Below are positions 9,317-18,500 of a DNA stretch of 48,751 bases, one piece after another. The notes under the pieces are model-generated. The model ran no database searches and was not told the origin of the DNA. It was given only the letters and a program-made list of their open reading frames with translations. The position numbers and the translations under genes were made by a program. How positions within the stretch are numbered: position 1 is the first letter of the stretch; each line of letters begins with the position of its first letter. The stretch comes from a bacterium (GTDB taxonomy: Bacteria > Arandabacterota > Arandabacteria > Arandabacterales > Arandabacteraceae): positions 1-48,751 of the forward strand of contig JBAQHK010000251.1 of NCBI GenBank assembly GCA_049288275.1. The letters are read 5' to 3'.

Positions 9317-10789
9317 TTGCCCCTGGCGAAGGCTGGTCGGGCGGCTAGGACTTGCCTGCTTGTGACCTCGGAGCGGGGGCTCGCCGAAAGCTACGAGCGG
9401 CCCGGTGTTGACGGTGTCCTCGATCGGCTGAAGAGCCTCGCTCGCGCGCGATCCAAGTCGGGTATCACAACTTTCCTCTACGTTCCCGATGCCGCGGGCG
9501 CCGGCGCGCGCCGCGGACTTCCCCGCCTGACGTCCGGGCTCACCGCGGACGGCGTCCTAGGCGGTCTGCGCTCGATGGAGGCCGAGGTCTGTTCGGGCAG
9601 GCCGGCGGACTACCTCTTGCTTGTCGGCAACTCGAGGATCGTTCCGACCTGGACCGTGGACAATCCCGCCGCGGACTCGGACAAGGACCTGCCCAGCGAC
9701 GCTCCCTACGGTAGCGCCGAGCCCGCCGGTGGCGCAGATGCCTACCTGGTGCCGGACAGGGCGGTGGCCAGGGTGCCTTTGGACGGAGAGCCGAACGCTG
9801 CCGGGGACCTGTCCTCCTTTCTGGACCGCCTGCTCGCTCGTCCCTCCGGCGAGCCGCGGGGCGAGCCTTTCGGGCTGACCGCCGCGATATGGAGGGACCA
9901 GGCCGCCAGGATCTACGATCTTGCCGCCGATGCTCCCATCCGTTCGTCACCGCCCCTCGGTCTGAGCTCCTTCGACCCGGCCTGGCTCGGGCCTCGCTCC
10001 GTCCTGTACTTCAACGTCCACGGCTCGCAGGAGGAGCCTTACTGGTACGGGCAGGAGGGGTTGAGGTATCCGAAGGTGCTGAGCCCGGAGGTCGTGGCGC
10101 GGTCACGCCCGGCGGCTTCCCTGGTGGTGACCGAGGCCTGCTACGGCGGACTGGTGGAGTGCCGATCTCCCCAAACCTCGATCGCTCTGGCTTTCCTGGC
10201 CGCAGGCGCCGCCGCCCTGGTCGGAGCGAGCGCCATCGCTTACGGATCACCGGACGTCAGGCTGACCGAGGCCGACCTCGCGGCCTACCTGCTGCTCAAG
10301 CGGGTGCTTGCGGGCGAGCGCTACGGTGACGCGTTCAGGGAGTCCAAGATAGACTTCGCCGCCGAGATGCTGAGCAGGCAAGGCTACTTGGACGGCGACG
10401 ACAAGAAGACCCTGCTGGAGTTCAATCTGTTTGGCGATCCCACCGCGAGCCTGGCTCCGGTGGAGGGAGGAAGGGGGCAAGCGCTGATGATACCGGAGGA
10501 CGTGTTGGAGTCGGTCAAGAGGTTGGTCGCGGCCCGGTTTCCGGAGATGGAGGGCGTGGACCCCGATCTTGCCGAGGAGAGCGTGGCTCTTGACGGCGGC
10601 CTGGCCGAGAAGGTCCTCAAGCTGAGGCCTCAACATGCCAAGGGTGACGGCGAGAGCGTCCGTGAGAGACGAGTCTTCGTGGCCTCGTTTGCGCGGCTGG
10701 TGATCTCCGGCGAGCGGCGGGTCGAGCGGATAGTGAGGATCACCTTCGACGAGCGCGGGGAGGTCCTGAAAATCGTGACGTCCAAGTAG
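9317..10789 (+). CDS. gingipain-like (peptidase C25 / clan CD) cysteine peptidase homolog, no signal peptide
   Basis: DYLLLVGNSRIVP, DAPYG, RAVARVP. His-Gly (YFNVHGS, His codon 10019-10021) and Ala-Cys (VVTEACYGG, Cys codon 10139-10141) in clan CD order. FNLFGDP near the end of the domain. TTG start 5 nt after GAGGTG. Confidence 0.55.
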   Translation: MPLAKAGRAARTCLLVTSERGLAESYERPGVDGVLDRLKSLARARSKSGITTFLYVPDAAGAGARRGLPRLTSGLTADGVLGGLRSMEAEVCSGRPADYLLLVGNSRIVPTWTVDNPAADSDKDLPSDAPYGSAEPAGGADAYLVPDRAVARVPLDGEPNAAGDLSSFLDRLLARPSGEPRGEPFGLTAAIWRDQAARIYDLAADAPIRSSPPLGLSSFDPAWLGPRSVLYFNVHGSQEEPYWYGQEGLRYPKVLSPEVVARSRPAASLVVTEACYGGLVECRSPQTSIALAFLAAGAAALVGASAIAYGSPDVRLTEADLAAYLLLKRVLAGERYGDAFRESKIDFAAEMLSRQGYLDGDDKKTLLEFNLFGDPTASLAPVEGGRGQALMIPEDVLESVKRLVAARFPEMEGVDPDLAEESVALDGGLAEKVLKLRPQHAKGDGESVRERRVFVASFARLVISGERRVERIVRITFDERGEVLKIVTSK

Positions 10790-10894
10790 CGCCGCCGGCT
10801 GCCCTGCACAGTGGATTGACACCTCAAGAGGCTTCTGCTACCCTGTGGCCGCGAGTGGGTTCGAGCGAGGTGTGCCGCGAAAGGAGTGGGTGAA

Positions 10895-11995
10895 ATGACT
10901 TCTAAGATCGCCTTGATCGGGTTGCTGGCTGCTTGTGTCGCACTGACGGCTGGCTGCGCGGCGCAGCGGACGGCCGGGACAGGCGCGACCGCGGACGAGC
11001 AGAGCCTTGCGGAGGCCAGTGCGGCTGAGAGGCATTTCCTGATGGGTGAGCAGTTGTTTGCCACGCAGATGTGGGACGAGGCCGCAGCTGAATTCAGGGC
11101 CGCCACCGAAGCGGACCCCGCCCACCAGAAGTCCTACAAGGCGCTGGGTCGCACCCTGATCGAGCAGGGGCTCGCCGACCAGGCGATCGCGGCCTACAAG
11201 AAGGCCTGGGAGCTCGCGCCCAACGATCCCGGGGCCCATTCGGGGCTTGCCTCGGCCTACGTCGCGGCCGGCAAGCTGTACGATGCCGCCGAGGAGTACA
11301 AGCTCGCCGCCGATCTGGATCCCGCGAACCCTCAGAACTACATGGACATGGGGGCGACCTTCAACAAGCAGGGGCTCCTGCCCGAGGCCATAGAGGCTTA
11401 CCGCAAGGCGGTGGAGATGGCGCCGATGGATCAGGCGGTCCTCTTGACGCTCGGCAACGTGCTCTACGAGAACCAGATGTACGTGGACGCGATTTCGATA
11501 TACAGCCGCGCTCTGCTGCTGGCCCCCGAGGACTTGGTGGTCACCAAGACCCTGGGCTGGCTGTACCTCAAGACCGAGCGCTACAGTGAGGCCGCCGAGT
11601 TCTACGAGAGGGCCTCGGTGATGGCGCCGACCGACCCTCAGCTGAGATACTGGCTGTCCTCGGCCTACGACAAGCTGGGCAATCAGGACAAGGCCATCCT
11701 CAACATGGAGAAGGCGGTCGAACTCAGTCCCGAGAACAGCGACCTGTTTTGGATGCTGGGCGACATGTACAACAAGGCCAAGAGGTACAGCGACGCCATT
11801 GCCGTTGTCGAGAAACAGCTGGGGCTCAAGCCGGCAAGCGCGGGTGCCTACTTTGTCTGGGGCAAGGCGCTCGAGGCCCAGGGGTTGTACGATGAGGCGC
11901 TCGTGAAGTACCAGAAGGCGGTGGACTTCAACGATCCGGCGTGGAGTTCCTCCGCGGCGATGGCGATCAAGGAGATAAAGAAGCAACAGCAATGA
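10895..11995 (+). CDS. TPR-repeat lipoprotein
   Basis: AAGGAG RBS, ATG 10895, lipobox LTAGC, about 8 TPR units (A..Y.KA.EL.P). Confidence 0.8.
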   Translation: MTSKIALIGLLAACVALTAGCAAQRTAGTGATADEQSLAEASAAERHFLMGEQLFATQMWDEAAAEFRAATEADPAHQKSYKALGRTLIEQGLADQAIAAYKKAWELAPNDPGAHSGLASAYVAAGKLYDAAEEYKLAADLDPANPQNYMDMGATFNKQGLLPEAIEAYRKAVEMAPMDQAVLLTLGNVLYENQMYVDAISIYSRALLLAPEDLVVTKTLGWLYLKTERYSEAAEFYERASVMAPTDPQLRYWLSSAYDKLGNQDKAILNMEKAVELSPENSDLFWMLGDMYNKAKRYSDAIAVVEKQLGLKPASAGAYFVWGKALEAQGLYDEALVKYQKAVDFNDPAWSSSAAMAIKEIKKQQQ

Positions 11996-12066
11996 CCGGG
12001 GCCGCCCGGCAGCCGGCAATGGGCCCGCGAGCCTTCAGAACCGGCGCTCGGAGGGTGGCTTATCTA

Positions 12067-12095
12067 TTGACACCCTCTTTCGCTGTTATTATACA
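12067..12095 (+). promoter_or_regulatory. candidate sigma70 promoter of the tRNA-Ser/Ser/Arg cluster
   Basis: TTGACA (12067-12072), 17 nt, TATACA (12090-12095; TACAAT is 2 nt further), in a locally AT-rich patch about 30 nt upstream of the first tRNA. Confidence 0.5.
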
Positions 12096-12122
12096 ATAGG
12101 TTAGATCGGTGGTGGTGTGCGT

Positions 12123-12209
12123 GGAGGGATGGCCGAGCGGTCTAAGGCGGCGGTCTTGAAAACCGTTGACCGATGAGGTCCGTGGGTTCGAATCCTACTC
12201 CCTCCGCCA
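12123..12209 (+). tRNA. tRNA-Ser (anticodon TGA), CCA encoded
   Basis: Hand-folded cloverleaf: acceptor GGAGGGA/TCCCTCC, anticodon loop CTTGAAA, long variable arm, GTTCGAATCC T-loop. Confidence 0.9.
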
Positions 12210-12228
12210 TGCGTCGGTTTGCCAGCCC

Positions 12229-12323
<95 letters not shown>

Positions 12324-12374
12324 CCTGAAACCGCCGCTCGCGCGGCGAGATCAGGTACGTTGACGGTTTGAGGT

Positions 12375-12448
12375 GCGCCTGTAGCTCAATTGGATAGAGC
12401 GCGTGGCTACGGACCACGAGGTTGCGGGTTCAACTCCTGCCAGGCGCG
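12375..12448 (+). tRNA. tRNA-Arg (anticodon ACG), CCA not encoded
   Basis: Acceptor GCGCCTG/CAGGCGC, D-arm GCTCAATTGGATAGAGC, anticodon loop CTACGGA, T-loop GGGTTCAACTCC. Confidence 0.9.
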
Positions 12449-12493
12449 CTCCTTGCGCGTTTAGGGAACGATTGACGGGTGGAGGTACGAGCG

Positions 12494-13405
12494 ATGAGAG
12501 CTACTGCAGTCGCAATCCTGATGGTGATGCTGGCCTCCGTTGCGTGGGCCGAGACCTTCCGTGTTCCGGTGGAGGACAAGGATCTGACGGTGGCGCTCAG
12601 CCAGGCCAGCTACGGCGACACGATTCTGGTCTTCCCGGGCAAGTACAAGCTGCAGGCCAGACTCAAGGCAGGCGTGAAGCTGATGTCGGTAGCCGGACCG
12701 GAGTCCACGACCCTGTGGAGCAAGCGCTGGCACGTACTCAAGCTGAATGACTGCGATCTTGAAACCGAGATACGCGGCTTCACCTTCGACGGCGTCGGCT
12801 GCAGCATTGCCATTGCCTGCACGCTGGGGACTCCGACGATCGTGGGCAACGTGATCAGGGGATCCTGGGACGGAATCTCGCTCCAGAGGTGCAACGCGTT
12901 CGTCAAGGGCAACACCATCGAGGGCTGCAACCGCGGGATAGCGGTTGAGGGCGGCAATCCCGAGATCATAGAGAATACCTTTGCAAAGAACGGGGACGAC
13001 ATCTACCTGTTCTCGTCGTCGGCGATCATAGCGCGGTGCAAGTTCACCTCCAACGGCAAGGCCCTGTACCTGGCCGGGTACAGCTACCCTACGGTCGGGG
13101 GTTCGCTGACCGCGGCCAACGACTTCCTCGGCAGCGGCTACGCGCTGTATAACGACGGCCGGCGCGTCGAAGGCAGCCTCTACACCAACGAGCGGGAAGT
13201 GGCCGTGGCGACCCACAACTACTGGGGCAGCCTGTGCCCCGAAAAGCGCAGGTTCCTGGGCGACGTGGTGTTCTCACCCTGGGCGAACGCCGCTCACGAC
13301 ACCACCTATACCAAGTGCCCGCCGGTGCCCGCCGAGAAGGCCGGTGACCCCGGCAAGCGGATCGACACCGGGACCGACGACGGCAACGACAAGTCCGGCG
13401 GATGA
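12494..13405 (+). CDS. secreted right-handed parallel beta-helix repeat protein (NosD/CASH-like)
   Basis: GGAGGT RBS, ATG 12494, signal peptide ..SVAWA/E, repeated G-N-x-I/hydrophobic turn units (GNVIRGS, KGNTIEGC, IENTFAKN). Confidence 0.7.
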   Translation: MRATAVAILMVMLASVAWAETFRVPVEDKDLTVALSQASYGDTILVFPGKYKLQARLKAGVKLMSVAGPESTTLWSKRWHVLKLNDCDLETEIRGFTFDGVGCSIAIACTLGTPTIVGNVIRGSWDGISLQRCNAFVKGNTIEGCNRGIAVEGGNPEIIENTFAKNGDDIYLFSSSAIIARCKFTSNGKALYLAGYSYPTVGGSLTAANDFLGSGYALYNDGRRVEGSLYTNEREVAVATHNYWGSLCPEKRRFLGDVVFSPWANAAHDTTYTKCPPVPAEKAGDPGKRIDTGTDDGNDKSGG

Positions 13406-13474
13406 GTCTGACCCGTCGCCGGATGCGGACCGGACGCCGATCACCCACCGTCCCGCCCGGCCTGGGAGTCAGAA

Positions 13475-15550
13475 GTGCCTGATCTGGGCGCACGAGACAG
13501 ATGGCTACTTGCGGCGATCGTGGCGGTCGCCTTGGTTGTCCGGATCGCCTATCTTGTCGACGTAAGCGACTCTCCTTACTTCAAGCAGCCTCTGCTGGAT
13601 TCCTGCTGGTACGACAACAACGCCAAGGCGATTGCCGAGGGTGACTGGCTGTCGCGCAGCGGCTCTTTCAGAGTCCCCCTCTACTCCTACTTCCTGGCCG
13701 GCTCCTACCTGGTCTTCGGCCACTCCTTCGTTCCCCCGCTGGCGGTTCAGGTGATTCTGGGGTCTCTGACCTGCGGCCTTGTCTTCCTGCTGGGGCGGAA
13801 GCTCTTCGGCCGGCTGGCCGGGGCGGTCGCAGGCTTCGGCCTGGCGCTCTACAGGATGGCCATCTACTCGGACGGCGAATTGTTGCCCACGACGCTATAC
13901 ATCTTGTTCACGGTCCTGGCCGTATATCTCCTCGTACGGAGTTGCTACCGCAACAAGCAGAGCGACGGCCTGCACGGCGGCTGGGGCGACGGCGCCCTGG
14001 TCGGCGTCTTTCTGGGACTTGCCTACCTCACTCGCCCCGAGGTCCTGATCTTCGCGGTCGCGCTTGGGGTGGCGGCCCTTGCGGTCATGGGAAAAAGGGC
14101 CTTCCGGGTGGTTGCCCTCATGGGTATAGTGCTCGTGATGACGACGCTGGCTATGGGTCTCAGGAACCAGGCGATCTTCGGCGAGTTCTTCCTGTTCTCG
14201 CCTCAAGGGGCGACCAATCTCTACATCGGCAATGCCCTCTACTCGCAGGGCAAGTCTCCGACCGCTCCCCCGACGCGCTTCCCGTACGGGATCACCGCCG
14301 ATCCCAAGGACGACGCCATGGTGGTGGGCTGCAAGCAGGCGGCCAGGGAACGGGTGGGCAGGGACCTGTCCGACAGGGAACTGTCGGCCTATTACACGCG
14401 GGAGACCTTCGCGGAGATCAGCAGGGACTTCCCCCGCTGGGTCGGCCTGGTGGCCAGGAAGGCCTACTACTTCCTCAATGCCTATGAGATCAGCGACATC
14501 AAGTATCTTCCCCGTTACGTTTCGAAGTACTCGCAGGTGCTGAAGCTGCCGCTGGTCGGTTACGCCGTGGTGATGCCGCTCGGGCTGGTGGGCTTCGGCC
14601 TGGTCGCGCGGCGCAGGATCAAACAGGCCTGGGTGGTGAACGCCGCCCTGCTGGGAGCCGGCGTGACCTGCATTCTCTTCTTCGTGGTCTGGAGGTTCCG
14701 GCTGCCCGCCGTGCCCTTCCTGGCGATTCTCGCGGGCTACGCGGTGAGCGAGATGGCAGCGGGCGCACGGGCGCGGGCCTGGAAACGCGTGCTCACGCTG
14801 GTGGCGCCCGCGGTGCTCTTGGGGCTGGTTTCGCTCTCCAGCCTGTGGGGAGTGAGGGTGGACGAGGAGCAGGCGACTTACATCAACAACGAGGCCGCGC
14901 TGCTGGCCCAGGACGGCAAGACCGACCGGGCTATCGAAGTCTACAAGGAGGCGATTGCGGCCGACCCCGCCGACGCTCGCGCATACTACTACATGGGCAA
15001 GGCATACGGGACCCTGGGTCTGGCGGACCAGGCCAGGGAGGCGCTGGCCAAGGCGGCCGCCCTCAACCCCAATTACAGGCCCTTCACGCTGCTTTCCACG
15101 GGCAATGTCTACGCGAAGCAGGGTGACTTCCTGGCGGCCTCGGAGTGCTTCAGACTGGCGATACAGGCTGACCCAGGCTTCGCGATGGCCCACTACAACT
15201 ATGGTTTCTCGCTGTACCGGTTGGGGAGGTACCCCGAGGCCGAGCAGGCCTTTCTCGAGGCCGAGAGGTCGTCCGGAGGCGACACCGCCATCCTCCTGCC
15301 GACCGCTCAGATGCTGGTCGAGATGGGGAGAGTGGAACGGGGCGCCGCTATGGCTCGGGCGGTCTTGAGCAAGGAGCCTCGCAACGGCAAGGCTTACTTC
15401 GTACTTGGGCTTGCCCTGGAAAGCCAGGGCCGGCTCGACGAGGCCAGGGCCCAGTTCGAGGAGGCTCTTGCGTGCGCGACCTCGTCACAGGAGGCCCAAG
15501 AGGCAAGGCAGAAGCTCGTCGACCTGAGGGCGAGACAGACTCGGAGATAG
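13475..15550 (+). CDS. GT-C fold glycosyltransferase (family 39 / ArnT-PMT-like) fused to C-terminal TPR repeats
   Basis: About 10 predicted TM segments in the first 450 aa with PMT/ArnT-like loops. The last 230 aa are TPR units (AI..Y.EAI..DP). Confidence 0.75.
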   Translation: MPDLGARDRWLLAAIVAVALVVRIAYLVDVSDSPYFKQPLLDSCWYDNNAKAIAEGDWLSRSGSFRVPLYSYFLAGSYLVFGHSFVPPLAVQVILGSLTCGLVFLLGRKLFGRLAGAVAGFGLALYRMAIYSDGELLPTTLYILFTVLAVYLLVRSCYRNKQSDGLHGGWGDGALVGVFLGLAYLTRPEVLIFAVALGVAALAVMGKRAFRVVALMGIVLVMTTLAMGLRNQAIFGEFFLFSPQGATNLYIGNALYSQGKSPTAPPTRFPYGITADPKDDAMVVGCKQAARERVGRDLSDRELSAYYTRETFAEISRDFPRWVGLVARKAYYFLNAYEISDIKYLPRYVSKYSQVLKLPLVGYAVVMPLGLVGFGLVARRRIKQAWVVNAALLGAGVTCILFFVVWRFRLPAVPFLAILAGYAVSEMAAGARARAWKRVLTLVAPAVLLGLVSLSSLWGVRVDEEQATYINNEAALLAQDGKTDRAIEVYKEAIAADPADARAYYYMGKAYGTLGLADQAREALAKAAALNPNYRPFTLLSTGNVYAKQGDFLAASECFRLAIQADPGFAMAHYNYGFSLYRLGRYPEAEQAFLEAERSSGGDTAILLPTAQMLVEMGRVERGAAMARAVLSKEPRNGKAYFVLGLALESQGRLDEARAQFEEALACATSSQEAQEARQKLVDLRARQTRR

Positions 15551-15553
15551 AAC

Positions 15554-18500
15554 TTGAGACCGGCAACGTCTCTTGTTGCGCACGCCGTCGCGATTCTTGC
15601 GATTCTCGCGGTTTCGGCGGCAGTTTGCGGCCCGACCCTCGCCGCCCCTCCTCGGCCGGACCGGCTTCAGGAGCTATGCGACCAGGGCCGGCTGGATGAG
15701 GCCAGGCAGGTTCTCGAAGAGGATCGCAGCGCCGCCTACGCCTTGGGCCCGATGCTTGCGCAGGGCGCGGCCAGGTCAGGCAGCCCAGTCGCGCTGGTCC
15801 TGCTGGTGGACTTCAGCGACACCCCCGCCGACACCATACTTCACAGCCGCAGCTGGTTCGACCGCATGCTCTTCGACTCCGCAGGTGGGACCAGCATGCG
15901 CAGCTTCTATCTGGCCAACTCATACGGCACGCTGGACATAACAGGTAAAGTGTACGGGTGGTTCAGGGTCAAGGAGAAAATGGCTTACTACGCCGACGCC
16001 AGGCGCGGCATGGGGGGCTATCCCAAGAACGCCCAGAAGATGATTGAAGACGCGGTGGCCGCCGCCGATCCCTTCGTGGACTTCTCGAAGTTCGACAACG
16101 ACGGCCCCGATGGAATCCCCTCGAGCGGAGACGACGATTCGGTGGTCGACCACCTGCTGGTGGTGCATGCCGGTCAGGGCTACGAGTGGACCATGAACTC
16201 CGCGGACATTCACTCCCACGCAGGCACCGTACGCGGCAAGGTGGCCGACGGCGTCACGGTGCGACCTTACGCCACGGAGCCCGAGGAAGGCAAGGTGGGA
16301 ACCTTCGCCCACGAGATGGGCCACCTGCTGGGGCTGCCCGATCTCTACGACGTCAGCCTCAACACCTTCGGCCTGGGCATGTGGTCGCTGATGGCATACG
16401 GGATGTGGGGGGGAGGTGACGGCTCGGAGCCGGTGGGTCTGGACGCCTGGAGCAAGGCCGAGATGGGTTTCGTCACGCCGGTCAGCCTGGCGGCGAACGC
16501 CACCGGCCTCAGGCTGCCGTGCGTGGAGGACGGGCCGGACGTGCTGAGGCTCTGGAGCGAGGGCCGGAGCGGGTCGCAGTACTTCCTTGTGGAGAACAGG
16601 AGGGCCAAGTCCTCCGACTCCTATCTGTCCAAGCTGGGTGAGGGGCTGCTGGTCTACCACGTGGACGAGCGCTACAGGGACAACTCCTCGGAGGCCGGGC
16701 ATCTGGTTTCGCTGGAGCAGGCTGACGGCAGGTTCGACCTGGACCAGCAACGGATCTTCGGCTTCGGCTCCGACGCCGGTGATCCCTTCCCCGGCTCGTC
16801 GGCCGCCCGGACCTTTTCCTGGTGGACTGTGCCGGACAGCCGGTCCAACGAGGGTCTTCCCACCGAGGTGACCATCCGCAACATAGGCAACGCGGCCGAC
16901 ACCGCCGTCCTGGATGTCGAAGTCAGGTCGCCGGTGATTCTCTTCGAGAGCAGCAAGGTCGAGGACGGAGCCGGCGACGGAGACGGGGAGCCCGATCCCG
17001 GCGAGCGAGTGGCGCTGGGCATCAGGTTTCGAAACCACGGGATAGAGTGCTCCGATGTTGAAGTTACGCTCTCATCGGCCGACCCGTTCATATCTCTGGT
17101 GACGCCGACGGCGACCTTGAGCTCGGTCGAGGGCGGCGGCCTGTCGTCGTACCTCGAGTTCGAGATGCTGATTGACCAGGCGACGCCGCAACCTCACAAC
17201 GTGGAGTTCGCTTTGGACATCGGGGGCGTCTCCGAGGTGGGTCCCTACGCCTCGAGCGACCGCTTCGTTCTCGCCGTGCCCTTGCGCAGGCTCGCCGGGT
17301 GGCCCCAGCACACCGGCAGCACCATCTTCGCATCACCCGCGGTCGCCGACATCGATGGCGACGGATCGAAGGAAATCGTGGTCGGCAACTACGCCGGCCT
17401 GGTGTACGCCTGGAAGACCGACGGCCGGCTGCTGCCCGGCTGGCCGGTCGACCTTGGCTTCCGGACCACATCCAAGGCCGCGATCTGCGACATAAACGTC
17501 GACGGCTCGCCCGACGTGGTGGTCGCTTCGCAGGACGGACGGGTGCATGCCCTGGGCGCTGACGGAGTCCCGCTTCCAGGATGGCCGCAGGCCACGGGAG
17601 AGGCGGTGGTCTCCTCACCGGCGCTGGGAGACATAGACGACGACGGCATCGTCGAGATCATCTGCGGCTCCAAGGACGGCAAGGTCTACGCCTGGAACCA
17701 AGACGGCACGCCGGTCGAGGGATGGCCCGTGGAGACCGGAGGCCAGGCGGTCTGGATGTCCCCGGCGGTCGCCGACTGCGACGAGGACTACGTGCCCGAG
17801 GTGGTGGTGGGCGGCTACGGCGGGCAGCTCTGCATATTCGAGGGCGACGGCTCGCTCAAGAGCGGCTGGCCCATCCTGTTCGGTTGGGGTTGCGGAGAGG
17901 GAGCGCCGGCCATAGCGGACTTTGACGGCGACGGGCGCGTGGAGATCGTGGTCTCGGGGCTCTTCTCCAACTCAATCTACCTGGTTGACGTGGACGGCGT
18001 GGTCAGGGCGGGCTGGCCCCGGTGGGCCTACAACTGCTCTTCGCTGAGTTCGCCGATCCCTGCGGACATCGACGGTGACGGCCTGCCGGAGATAGCTGTC
18101 GCGACCTCGTGCGGCACCATGGTCGCCTGGAACGCGGACGGGACCAAGTGCGAGAGCATACCGGTTGCCACTTCGCAGCTGATCGAGTACTGCGAGCCGC
18201 TGTTCATGGACCTTGACGGCAACGGGGAGATGGACTGTCTTGTCGGTACAGCCGGACCTGGGACAGGCAGCGTGCGCGCCTTCACCAGGGAAGGACCGAT
18301 GATAGGCTTCCCCATTGCTGTGGAGGGAGCGGTGTGGGCCACGCCGGCGGTGGGCGATCTGGAGGACGACGGCCACGCCGAGATAGTGCTTGCGACCACC
18401 ACCGGCGACGTTCACGTCTGGAGGTTCGTGGGGGCGCGGGCGGCGGGCAAGATCGAATGGTCGCAGTCCAGGGGCGATCTGTGGAACACCGGCGTATACG

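Noticed and set aside
12123-12209. tRNA with a long variable arm as a possible tRNA-Sec.
   Set aside because: The anticodon read 5'-3' is TGA (decodes UCA, Ser), not TCA. The acceptor/T-arm geometry is the normal 7/5 of tRNA-Ser.
12403-12750. 115-aa + ORF starting inside tRNA-Arg, and the 113-aa - ORF 23006-23347 covering tRNA-Ala.
   Set aside because: Both overlap well-folded tRNA genes, and the first also overlaps the start of the beta-helix protein gene. They have no RBS and no motif.
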